Assembly: GCA_022821145.1 (NCBI GenBank)
Contig: JAJEEE010000025.1
Span: 18,050 to 82,049, forward strand
Origin: Acidobacteriota bacterium
Lineage (GTDB): Bacteria; Acidobacteriota; Terriglobia; 20CM-2-55-15
Length of the DNA stretch: 64,000 nt
Direction: 5' to 3'
Below the pieces are notes generated by a model, which saw only the letters and a program-made list of their open reading frames with translations, had not been told where the DNA came from and searched no databases. Shown one piece after another: positions 8,801 through 17,373 of the stretch; position 1 is the stretch's first letter; every line of letters begins with the position of its first letter. Both the position numbers and the translations under genes were made by a program.

Positions 8801-9583
8801 TCACTCGTCCGGCCGCCGGATGAATTCGCCGTAGAGCAGTTCCTCGGTGAACTCCACGCACTTGAACTCCATCAAGTGCGCGTCGGGGTCGGGATTCCGG
8901 TACAGACGGAAACGCATCGTCCACGGCCGGGAGAACGTTTCGGGATCTTCGATCGTGGCCTCGTACTCCATGACGTCGGGTCCCGTCAGCGTGTACCGCT
9001 CGACGACGCGCGTCCCGGCGCCCGCGTGGTTGCCGGCGCGGTCCAGCCAGGCCAACCCGTTGAAGCCGGTCACCTCGACGACCAGCGTGTCGCCGTCCCA
9101 ACTCGCGTTCGACCAACCCATCCAACTGTCGAGGGGCGACGGGCGGTGGTCGCTCAGGTTGATGATGCGCGCGGCGCCCGCGAACTGGTACGTGAACTGC
9201 ATGTACCCTTCGGAGTGGAAGATCTGGAACGGATAGGGCATGTAGTTCGCTCGAGGGACACCGGGCATGAAGCACTTCGCCTCCGGATCCTCCGTCCAAC
9301 GGCTCTCGAAGTTGCGGTCCCTTTCGGCCGCCGCCTCGGGAAGATAGGGGATTTCGTCGCCGTCGACGATGCCGCGGCCCGGGGGCGCGGCCATGAGCGC
9401 GCCGTATTCGGGCGGCCCCGCGCCGGCGCCGTGCGTCAGGATATTCCAGTTCGCCGTGGTCAACGACTGCCAGACTCCGCTGAGATTCGGCGTGCCGTCC
9501 GACAGCCGCGGGATGTCCGTTCCGGCGCACCCTCCCGCCGCCACCGCCGCGGAGATCAGGCACGGAACGAACCATCGTCTCAT
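8801..9583 (-). CDS. secreted/lipoprotein, family B paralog (B1)
   Basis: 260 aa. AAGGAG RBS. The signal MRRWFVPCLISAAVAAGGC is lipobox-like. Motifs IPRLSDGTP, WDGDTLVVEV and EDPETFSRPWT. Confidence 0.65.
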   Translation of the reverse strand: MRRWFVPCLISAAVAAGGCAGTDIPRLSDGTPNLSGVWQSLTTANWNILTHGAGAGPPEYGALMAAPPGRGIVDGDEIPYLPEAAAERDRNFESRWTEDPEAKCFMPGVPRANYMPYPFQIFHSEGYMQFTYQFAGAARIINLSDHRPSPLDSWMGWSNASWDGDTLVVEVTGFNGLAWLDRAGNHAGAGTRVVERYTLTGPDVMEYEATIEDPETFSRPWTMRFRLYRNPDPDAHLMEFKCVEFTEELLYGEFIRRPDE

Positions 9584-9602
9584 CGCGGTCTCCTTGTCTT
9601 CG

Positions 9603-10862
9603 TCACTCGCCGGCGGGCTCGATGCGCAGGATCGACCCGTCGGGCGTGAGCCGGGCGCTTCCCGGACCGGATTGCAGGTCCCGCTCGACGGCGATGTAGA
9701 CGTTGCCGTCGGGTCCCTGGCGGACGTCCCGCACTCGAACGTCGAGGGGGATCAGCATGGAATCGCGGCGCTCGGGCTGCGGCGGCGGCTGATCGAAGGC
9801 CACGCGTTGCAACTGCTGCCCGCTCAACCCACCGATGAAGTAGTGCCCGCGCCACAACGGGAACCGGTCGCCGTCGTAGATCATCAGGCTGGACGGACTG
9901 ATCGCCGGAACCCAGAACATCACCGGCATCTCGATGCCGGGCCCCCACCAGGGCTGTTCGGAGGCGAGATTGCCGGTGTAGATCTTCCCCAGCGACACCA
10001 CCGGCCATCCGTAGTTCGCTCCGGGAACCAGCCGATTGAGCTCGTCGCCGGCCATCGGCCCGATTTCCGTGGCCCAGAGCTCGCCGGTCTCCGGATGCCA
10101 CGCCAGGCCCTGAGCGTTGCGATGACCGTAGGTGAAGATCTCGGGCAGCGCGTCGTCGCGCCCGGCGAACGGATTGCCGGGCGCCGCCCGGCCGTCGTCG
10201 CTCAACCGCAGCACCTTTCCGACGTGGTTGTCGAGCCCCTGAGCCAGCATGCGGTAGCTTGCGTCGTCGGTCAGATTGCCGGCGTCCCGGTCGCCGACGG
10301 TCAGGTACAACATCCCGTCGGGACCGAACTCGGCGCGCCCCGCCGTCGCGCCGCTGCCCCACGCCTCGGCCACGAACACGTCCTCGACTTCCGACAACGC
10401 CGCCCCGTCGAAACGCGCCCGCGCCAGTGCGACCGTGGTGCCCTCATCGCCCGCCTTGATGTAGGACAGGTAGACCCAACGGTTCTCTTCGAAATCCGGA
10501 TGAAGCGCGACCGAGTTCAGGCTTTCGGAGCGCAACGCGTCGTCGGGCCAGCCGGCGACCGGCGATGGATCGAGCCCATCGTCGCCCACGATGCGCAACC
10601 GGCCGGGGAACTCCGTCACGAGCATGTCGCCGTCCGGCAGGAAGGTCAGGTGCCACGGCCGCACCAGGCCATCGGCGACGGTCACCACGCGAATGCGCAC
10701 CAACTCGCCCGGCGGGCATCCGCCATGCAGTCCGCCGTTCGGAGAGCACGGACCGGGGGTGTACGTATCGAACACCCAGGTCGCGGCGTCGTCGGGAGCC
10801 TGGCGGCAGGACGCGGCGAGCAGCAGGACGCCCGCCAACATGGCCGTTCGGTGCGCGTGCAC
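9603..10862 (-). CDS. PQQ-dependent soluble sugar (aldose) dehydrogenase, YliI/SGDH family lipoprotein
   Basis: 419 aa. Lipobox LAASC. GSDH-family beta-propeller motifs YGHRNAQGLAWHPETGELWATE and GANYGWP. Confidence 0.8.
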   Translation of the reverse strand: MHAHRTAMLAGVLLLAASCRQAPDDAATWVFDTYTPGPCSPNGGLHGGCPPGELVRIRVVTVADGLVRPWHLTFLPDGDMLVTEFPGRLRIVGDDGLDPSPVAGWPDDALRSESLNSVALHPDFEENRWVYLSYIKAGDEGTTVALARARFDGAALSEVEDVFVAEAWGSGATAGRAEFGPDGMLYLTVGDRDAGNLTDDASYRMLAQGLDNHVGKVLRLSDDGRAAPGNPFAGRDDALPEIFTYGHRNAQGLAWHPETGELWATEIGPMAGDELNRLVPGANYGWPVVSLGKIYTGNLASEQPWWGPGIEMPVMFWVPAISPSSLMIYDGDRFPLWRGHYFIGGLSGQQLQRVAFDQPPPQPERRDSMLIPLDVRVRDVRQGPDGNVYIAVERDLQSGPGSARLTPDGSILRIEPAGE

Positions 10863-10969
10863 TGTCGTCCTCCGTTCGAGTGGGCGTGCGTTACCGACGA
10901 TAGGCGTCCGGTTCCGCCGGCGTCAAGTCGTTTCCGAAACCGGACGGACCCGCGCCGGGACGGCAACGC

Positions 10970-12217
10970 CTACCTGAGAATGCCCTCGAGCACGTCGAGG
11001 CGTCCGTCGATCTCCTCGACGATCTCGAGTCCGAGAATCCGCATGACGAGCGGGTATATGTGGATGTTCTCGAAGCTCGGAATCGTCATCGCGTCGGCCA
11101 GCCCGGGCCCCTGCGCGAAGAAGACGCCGTGCATATCGGGATGGCGGACCGGGTCGTAACCGTGCGCGCCGCCGGAAACCTCGCCGCGCATGTTTCGGAA
11201 ACGAATCGAATAGGGGGCCTCGGCCGCCACGATCAGGTCTCCGAGCCGGGGGTGCGCCGCGTTCCAGTGCTCGGGCGTTTCGCCGGACCGGAACACCCGA
11301 TAGTGGTTCTCCGCGTTCTTCAGGGCTTCGTACAGCGCCTCAACGCGCGCTTCGCCGTCAACGTACAGGAGGCTGTGGCTCCCGGATCCGATCGCGCGAA
11401 CTCCCTGTAGATCCACGATGTCGTCCAGATAGATCACGCGTGCGGGATCCACGTCGACCATGCCGTGGTCGGAAACGACGAACACGTTGACGCCGAAATC
11501 GAGCGCGCGGAGGCCGTCGAAGAGGACGCCCAGTTGATCGTCGAGCCGCGCGATCGCCGAGGCAAGCTCCTCGGAGCGCGTCCCATGGTCATGCGCGGCG
11601 GAGTCGATCGCGGCAAAGTAGAGCGTCACCAGGTGCGGCCGGTATTCCTCGGGCCAGGAGAACCATTCCAGGACGGCCCGGACGCGTTCGGCCTGCGCGA
11701 TCGATCCGTCGTACCGGTAGTAGTAGGAGGGATGCACGCCCTGGATGTCCGCTTCCGTACCCACCCAGAAGTAACTCGCGGTAACCATCCCGGCCCGTTC
11801 GGCAGCCACCCAGAGCGGCGTGCCGCCGTACCATCCGCCGTCTTCGACGGCATCGCGGTCTCCCAGTCGATAGCGCGCGTTGCGCGTGCGGTCGAAGAAA
11901 TCGTTGCTGACGATGCCATGCGTCCCCGGGTACATTCCGGTCGCGATCGTGTAATGGTTCGGGAACGTCTCCGAGGGATAACCGGGCACGAAACTCTCGG
12001 CCCGGACGCCCTCGGCGGCCCATCGTTCCAGGTTCGGCGCGTCGTGGACGTCCAGGTAGTCGTGACGGAACCCGTCCAGGGAGATCAGCAAAACGTACGG
12101 CTTGCCGCGGTGCTCCTCCGCGTTGGCCCGCATGAAGGGCGACTGAGGCGACGCCGACTCCGGGCACGCGGCAAGACCGAGACCGAGGACGGCAAGAAAC
12201 GCCGCCCTGAGCTTCAT
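10970..12217 (-). CDS. ectonucleotide pyrophosphatase/phosphodiesterase (alkaline-phosphatase superfamily) lipoprotein
   Basis: Start MKLRAAFLAVLGLGLAAC (lipobox). NPP motifs ISLDGFRHDY, FPNHYTIATG and VVSDHGM. Confidence 0.75.
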   Translation of the reverse strand: MKLRAAFLAVLGLGLAACPESASPQSPFMRANAEEHRGKPYVLLISLDGFRHDYLDVHDAPNLERWAAEGVRAESFVPGYPSETFPNHYTIATGMYPGTHGIVSNDFFDRTRNARYRLGDRDAVEDGGWYGGTPLWVAAERAGMVTASYFWVGTEADIQGVHPSYYYRYDGSIAQAERVRAVLEWFSWPEEYRPHLVTLYFAAIDSAAHDHGTRSEELASAIARLDDQLGVLFDGLRALDFGVNVFVVSDHGMVDVDPARVIYLDDIVDLQGVRAIGSGSHSLLYVDGEARVEALYEALKNAENHYRVFRSGETPEHWNAAHPRLGDLIVAAEAPYSIRFRNMRGEVSGGAHGYDPVRHPDMHGVFFAQGPGLADAMTIPSFENIHIYPLVMRILGLEIVEEIDGRLDVLEGILR

Positions 12218-12271
12218 CCCCCGCAGGCCTTGGCCGTGCCGAAGAATCCCGTCCATCGAGTCGTACGGCCG

Positions 12272-12907
12272 CTACTCGCGGTCAGCCGGCGGGTACAGGC
12301 CGCGGAGGACGGCCCGATCGTTGGACGAGAGCCCGGAGTGGCTCGCGATATCGGCACGTCCGTCCAGCCGCTCGCGGTACCGCATGAAGTAGCGCACGAT
12401 ATCGCCCCCGAAGCCGAACGAATACATGATGTCCTCGAAGTCGGCGGTGTGCGGCAGCCCCAGAGCGTGACCCAGCTCGTGAACGCAGGTCAGATAGACG
12501 ATCGTGTCCCTCAGTAGAGGATCTCGCGCGCCCAGTTCCGCGATGGCGGGCCCCTGGTTGTCGATGCCGGGCGTCACGTACACGAAGGCCCGTGGCCGGC
12601 CGTCGATCACGACGCGGCGCATTTCCCCGTACAGTCCGCTGCCGGGATCGATCCACACCAGACGGATGATCGCGTCCTCCTCCGCGCCGGCTTCCACGAA
12701 CCGCACACGGCCCGCGCTTTCCCGCGCCCACGCTTCGAACGCGGCGCGCGCCAGGTCGTCATCGGACGGCTCGTATCCGGACACGCCGGCGCCATCGGCG
12801 ATGAAATAGGGTATGGGTTCGCCGGCGTCCGGCGCGTTCGGACCGGCCTGGGTGGCGAGGGCCGCAACGCCCAACGCGACGGCCATCGCGGCGGTTCCCG
12901 GGAGCAT
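12272..12907 (-). CDS. zinc metalloprotease, matrixin-like (HExxHxxGxxH)
   Basis: About 211 aa from MLPGTAAMAVALGVAALA. It contains VHELGHALGLPH. The start overlaps the pyrE stop. Confidence 0.55.
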   Translation of the reverse strand: MLPGTAAMAVALGVAALATQAGPNAPDAGEPIPYFIADGAGVSGYEPSDDDLARAAFEAWARESAGRVRFVEAGAEEDAIIRLVWIDPGSGLYGEMRRVVIDGRPRAFVYVTPGIDNQGPAIAELGARDPLLRDTIVYLTCVHELGHALGLPHTADFEDIMYSFGFGGDIVRYFMRYRERLDGRADIASHSGLSSNDRAVLRGLYPPADRE

Positions 12908-13455
12908 CAGGCGAGCAGCTCCCGGGCGGTAAAGAGCGGATAGAAGGAATAACGCGCGCCCACGGCTTCGGTGCCGCCTTCCTCGCGGTCGACCACGCAT
13001 ACGACCGCGGCCACCCGGTAGCCGGCCGCCTCGACCTCGTCGCATGCCTTGAGAATGGATCCACCGCTCGTGCACACGTCATCGACGACCACGACGCGGT
13101 CGCCCGGTGAGCCGCTCCACCCCTCGATCCGCCGGCCGGTCCCGTGGCCCTTGACCTCCTTTCGAACGATGAAAGCGGGCATGGGAGTGTCCTCGATCGC
13201 GCTCACCGCCGCCACCGCGCCAGCGATGGGATCGGCTCCCAACGTCGGCCCCCCGAGGGCCACGGCGTCGACGCCGTGTTCGCGAAGCGTCCGCAGGATC
13301 AAGCGGGCCGTCAGAAAGGCGCCGAGGGGATGGAGCGTGGTGACCCGGCAATCCAGATAGTACGACCCCTTCCGGCCGGAGGTCAGCACGAACTCGCTTT
13401 TCCGGAGCGAATGCTTGCGGATCAACTGGCTCAGGGCGCCACGGTCGTCGTCCAT
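12907..13455 (-). CDS. pyrE: orotate phosphoribosyltransferase
   Basis: 182 aa. PRTase motif VVVVDDVCTSGGS. Type-I PRT fold length. Confidence 0.8.
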   Translation of the reverse strand: MDDDRGALSQLIRKHSLRKSEFVLTSGRKGSYYLDCRVTTLHPLGAFLTARLILRTLREHGVDAVALGGPTLGADPIAGAVAAVSAIEDTPMPAFIVRKEVKGHGTGRRIEGWSGSPGDRVVVVDDVCTSGGSILKACDEVEAAGYRVAAVVCVVDREEGGTEAVGARYSFYPLFTARELLA

Positions 13456-13604
13456 CGGCGGCAGTATAGCACCGGTGCGCCTGCCCGGGCGGGTGCGCTC
13501 GGGCCCGGTGAAACGCCCTGACTATTGTGATACAACTGTCTCGTGCCGATGCACGCGTTCCGCCGCCGGCCGGCGGCCCGCACTCGCGACAGGATGGTGC
13601 CAAG

Positions 13605-15155
13605 ATGAGCGATTCGGTCCTACTCCAGCGTGTTCGCAACGTCTACAGGAACCTGCCCACGCCGGCCAACTACGAGCACGCGATCCGCCGGGGCGAGGCC
13701 AAGATGGCCCACCGGGGTCCGCTGGTCGTCAAGACGGGGACGCGAACCGGGCGGTCGCCCAAGGACAAGTTCATCACCACCGAGCACACCAGCGAAGAAC
13801 AGGTCTGGTGGGAAAACAACCAGCCGATCTCCGAGGAGCGCTTCGAAGCGCTGCTCAACCGGATCGAGGGCTACCTGCAGGGCCGCGACGTCTATCTTCA
13901 GGACTGCTATGTGGGCGCCGACGCGGACTACCGCATTCCGCTCCAGGTGATCACCGAGATGGCCTGGCAGAACCAGTTCGTGCGCAACCTGTTCCTGCGC
14001 CGCACGACGAGCGAGGACGCGTTCACGATCATCAGCCTCCCCAACTTCCACGCGATTCCGGAAATCGACGGCACGCACTCGGAAGCGTTCGTGGTGATCA
14101 ACTTCAAGAAGCGCATGGTCCTGATCGCGGGCACGCACTACGCCGGCGAGATCAAGAAGTCCGCTTTCACGATCATGAACTACCTGATGCCGCAACGCGG
14201 CGTGTTCCCCATGCACTGCTCGGCCAACATCGGCCGGGACGGGAACTCGGCCATCCTGTTCGGGCTCTCGGGCACCGGCAAGACCACGCTGTCGGCCGAC
14301 CCGCAACGCAAGCTGATCGGCGACGACGAACACGGCTGGAGCGACAACGGCGTCTTCAACTTCGAGGCCGGTTGCTATGCCAAGGTGATCCGGCTGGACC
14401 GCGACGCCGAGCCGGCCATCTACCGGGCCACGGAGCGCTTCGGCACGATCCTGGAGAACGTCGTCGTCGACGACGTCAGCCGGCAACTGGATCTGAACGA
14501 CGACAGCATCACCGAGAACACGCGCGCCGGCTACCCGATCACCTACATAAAGAACATCGAACGGAGCGGCCAGGGCGGTCATCCGTCCGACATCCTCATG
14601 CTGACCGCCGACGCTTTCGGAGTGCTGCCGCCCATATCCAAGCTGACGGCGGAGCAGGCGATGTATCACTTCATCTCCGGCTACACGGCCAAGGTGGCCG
14701 GAACCGAAGCCGGTCTCGGCAAGGAACCGCAGGCCACGTTCAGCACCTGCTTCGGCGCCCCGTTCATGGTGCTCCACCCCACCGTCTACGCCAATCTCCT
14801 GAAGAAACGCATGGAAGAGCACGAGACGCGTTGCTGGCTGGTCAACACCGGGTGGACGGGCGGACCCTACGGCATCGGCCGGCGGATGAAGATTCGGCAC
14901 ACGCGCACGATGGTGGGCGCCGCCCTGGACGGGACCCTGGCCGACGCTCCAACCGAGAGGCACGAGCTGTTCAACCTCGATGTTCCGACGGCTTGCCCGG
15001 GCGTGCCCGCCGGCGTGCTCAACCCGCGCAACACCTGGGCCGACAAGGCCGCCTACGACAAGCAGGCCCGGCACTTGGCCGAGCTGTTCAAGAAGAACTT
15101 CGAACGGTTCTCCGAAGGCATGGATAGAGAAATCGTCGCCGCGGGACCGCGCTAG
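13605..15155 (+). CDS. pckA: phosphoenolpyruvate carboxykinase (ATP)
   Basis: Start MSDSVLLQ with an AGGATGG RBS. Motifs GLSGTGKTTLS, FNFEAGCYAK and GWSDNG. Confidence 0.9.
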   Translation: MSDSVLLQRVRNVYRNLPTPANYEHAIRRGEAKMAHRGPLVVKTGTRTGRSPKDKFITTEHTSEEQVWWENNQPISEERFEALLNRIEGYLQGRDVYLQDCYVGADADYRIPLQVITEMAWQNQFVRNLFLRRTTSEDAFTIISLPNFHAIPEIDGTHSEAFVVINFKKRMVLIAGTHYAGEIKKSAFTIMNYLMPQRGVFPMHCSANIGRDGNSAILFGLSGTGKTTLSADPQRKLIGDDEHGWSDNGVFNFEAGCYAKVIRLDRDAEPAIYRATERFGTILENVVVDDVSRQLDLNDDSITENTRAGYPITYIKNIERSGQGGHPSDILMLTADAFGVLPPISKLTAEQAMYHFISGYTAKVAGTEAGLGKEPQATFSTCFGAPFMVLHPTVYANLLKKRMEEHETRCWLVNTGWTGGPYGIGRRMKIRHTRTMVGAALDGTLADAPTERHELFNLDVPTACPGVPAGVLNPRNTWADKAAYDKQARHLAELFKKNFERFSEGMDREIVAAGPR

Positions 15156-15165
15156 ACGCCCCGAT

Positions 15166-15936
15166 ATGCTTCTCGAAGGCAAGACCGGCCTCGTCCTGGG
15201 CGTGGCCAACAACCGCAGCATCGCCTGGGGCATCGCGCGCGCGGTGAGGGACGCCGGCGCCCGCCTGGTCCTCACGTATCAGAACGAGCGGATGGAACGC
15301 AACGTCCGGAAGCTGGCGCCGGAGCTGGGCGACCCGATCCTGTTTCCGTGCGACGTCGCGAACGACTCGGAAATCGAGGCCTTGATGTCGGGCGTCGAGC
15401 GCGAGGCCGGCGGCATCGACTTCCTGGTGCACGCGCTGGCCTACGCGCCCAGAGAAGCCCTGTCCGGCGGCTACGTCGAAACGACACGAGACGCGTTCCG
15501 CACGGCGCTCGACGTGAGCGCCTACTCCCTGGTGGCCGTGGCCCGGGGCGCGGCGCCCCTGATGAAGGACCGCGGCGGCAGCATCGTGACGATCACCTAC
15601 GTGGGCAGCCAGCGCGTCGTGCCCAACTACAACGTCATGGGCGTGGCCAAGGCGGCCCTGGAGGCCTCCGTCCGGTATCTTGCCAACGATCTCGGACCCC
15701 GGGGCGTCCGCGTGAACGCGATATCCGCGGGCCCCATCCGGACGCTGGCGTCGTCGGCGGTGTCGGGAATCTCGGGAATGGTCCGAATGCACGCGGAGCG
15801 CGCCCCCCTGCGCTCCGCGACGGAAACCTCCGAAGTCGGCGACACGGCGCTGTTCCTCGTCAGCCCGCTGTCGCGAGGGATCACGGGCGAAATCGTCTAC
15901 GTGGACGGCGGGTACAACACGCTGCTCGGGACGTAG
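15166..15936 (+). CDS. fabI: enoyl-[acyl-carrier-protein] reductase (NADH)
   Basis: MLLEGKTGLVLGVANNRSIAWGIA. SDR-type FabI with YNVMGVAKAALE. Confidence 0.9.
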   Translation: MLLEGKTGLVLGVANNRSIAWGIARAVRDAGARLVLTYQNERMERNVRKLAPELGDPILFPCDVANDSEIEALMSGVEREAGGIDFLVHALAYAPREALSGGYVETTRDAFRTALDVSAYSLVAVARGAAPLMKDRGGSIVTITYVGSQRVVPNYNVMGVAKAALEASVRYLANDLGPRGVRVNAISAGPIRTLASSAVSGISGMVRMHAERAPLRSATETSEVGDTALFLVSPLSRGITGEIVYVDGGYNTLLGT

Positions 15937-15950
15937 CCTCCGGCTGCCCG

Positions 15951-16991
15951 TCAGGCTTCGCTCGCCGGTGGAAACGCCTCCGTCGTCTGGGGCCCGCGCC
16001 AGTGATCGATCATGGAGACTTTCTGCACGCACCCGATCGTGCACGTCGGGGCGCAGGACTTGGCGGCATGGAATTCCCGCTCGACGTCGGCCGGCGTGTA
16101 GTCCGCCAGTGGAATGCCGGGATGGCCGCGCTGCTGCGAACAGTAGTGCACGAGCCCATCCTCGCAGATGTACAGATAGCGGGCGCCGGCGCGGCAGTAC
16201 CACCGGTTGGGCATTCCCCGGGCCAGGTTCTCCTGAAAGTAGTTCAGGCCGGCGTACCCCCGGCTGCCGTAGCTGCGAATCCTGCGGTAGACGCGCGCCT
16301 CGTCGCGCGTCAGCGGCTTCAACTGGCCCGAGCCATCGTGGATGATTCCCAGTGAGGTCGCGAAATCCATCGATTGCGCCACCCGCGTGATTTCCAGCGC
16401 GTCCTGGGGCGTCCGGATGCCGCCGCCGATGACCGAGTTGATGTTCACGTCGAAGTCCGCGTGCTCGGCCAGGAACTCCAGCTTCTTGCGCAACACCTTC
16501 AGGCTCTTCATCGAGACGTCGTCCGGCTCGACGTTGTCGATGCTGATCTGCAGGTGATCGAGTCCCGACGCGTTCAGCTCCCGGATTTTGCCGGGGGTCA
16601 GCAGGTAGCCGTTCGTGATGATGCCCGCGATCATGTCGTGACCGCGGATTCGGGCGATGATCCGCTCGATTTCGGGATGCATCAGCGGCTCGCCGCCGCT
16701 GATCGTGACGATCGACGTGCCCAGCGCGGCCAGCTTGTCGACCCGGCGGTGCATTTCCTCGGTCGGAACGGGCGGGGAGAAGTCGTCGTACTCGTTGCAA
16801 TAGGTGCAGGACAGGTTGCAGCGCCGCATGGGGATAATGTGCGCCAGCACGGGGTGCCGCGGCGAAAGCATGCCGCGGGCCACCATGCGCAACTCGCGCA
16901 CGCGCAACCGCAGCTTCTTCTTCCTTTCCATGTCCAGAAACGGGCCGCCGGCCAACCTGTACGATACCACGTTCAACCGGTGGGGACGCAT
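15951..16991 (-). CDS. radical SAM protein (MoaA/PqqE/SPASM-like)
   Basis: CNLSCTYC (CxxxCxxC) and GGEPLMH. C-terminal Cys clusters (CRAGARYLYICEDGLVHYC, CAPTCTIGC) suggest an auxiliary Fe-S domain. The true start may be an internal Met. Confidence 0.8.
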   Translation of the reverse strand: MRPHRLNVVSYRLAGGPFLDMERKKKLRLRVRELRMVARGMLSPRHPVLAHIIPMRRCNLSCTYCNEYDDFSPPVPTEEMHRRVDKLAALGTSIVTISGGEPLMHPEIERIIARIRGHDMIAGIITNGYLLTPGKIRELNASGLDHLQISIDNVEPDDVSMKSLKVLRKKLEFLAEHADFDVNINSVIGGGIRTPQDALEITRVAQSMDFATSLGIIHDGSGQLKPLTRDEARVYRRIRSYGSRGYAGLNYFQENLARGMPNRWYCRAGARYLYICEDGLVHYCSQQRGHPGIPLADYTPADVEREFHAAKSCAPTCTIGCVQKVSMIDHWRGPQTTEAFPPASEA

Positions 16992-17085
16992 GCCGCGGAC
17001 GCTCGCCGAACTCCATCGGCGCAGCCTCGACGCCCGGGTCTTGTTGTCCGGCCGCTGACGGTTACGCTACACTGCCCCTCCGTCG

Positions 17086-17373
17086 ATGCCCCCCGCACCC
17101 ATGGTGACCGTCTACGTTCCGAGCCAGTTGCGCAAGTACTGCCGGGGCGCAACGCGGTTCCCCATCGCGGCCGACACCGTGCAATCCGCTCTGGGTGTTC
17201 TGGAGCGGGAGCATGCGGCCCTGTATCGCAACCTGTGCGACGAAACGGGGGCTCTGCGGGGCCATTTGAACGTGTTCGTCAACGCGGACCACATGCGCGA
17301 TCTGGACGGCATCGACACGACGCTGGCGCCGGGCGACGAGGTCACGATCGTGCCCGCAGTCTCTGGAGGATGA
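17086..17373 (+). CDS. MoaD/ThiS-family ubiquitin-like sulfur-carrier protein
   Basis: 95 aa ending ...VTIVPAVSGG* (diglycine C-terminus). The stop abuts the next ATG (TGAATG). Confidence 0.65.
   Translation: MPPAPMVTVYVPSQLRKYCRGATRFPIAADTVQSALGVLEREHAALYRNLCDETGALRGHLNVFVNADHMRDLDGIDTTLAPGDEVTIVPAVSGG

Noticed and set aside
7821-9575. 584-aa ORF as one protein
   Set aside because: The 5' part overlaps the B1 paralog gene in another frame. An internal Met (8786) gives a signal peptide and full-length alignment to the other B paralogs.
15951-16991. Radical SAM gene as PqqE, tying into the PQQ-dependent dehydrogenases
   Set aside because: No pqqA peptide, pqqD or pqqB/C genes are adjacent and the N-terminus lacks a PqqD-like domain. 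A generic rSAM assignment is kept instead.
13620-17016. Long minus-strand ORFs 13620-15275 (551 aa) and 15088-17016 (642 aa)
   Set aside because: They are antisense to pckA and fabI, which have definitive motifs, and partly out-of-frame over the radical SAM gene. They are shadow ORFs.
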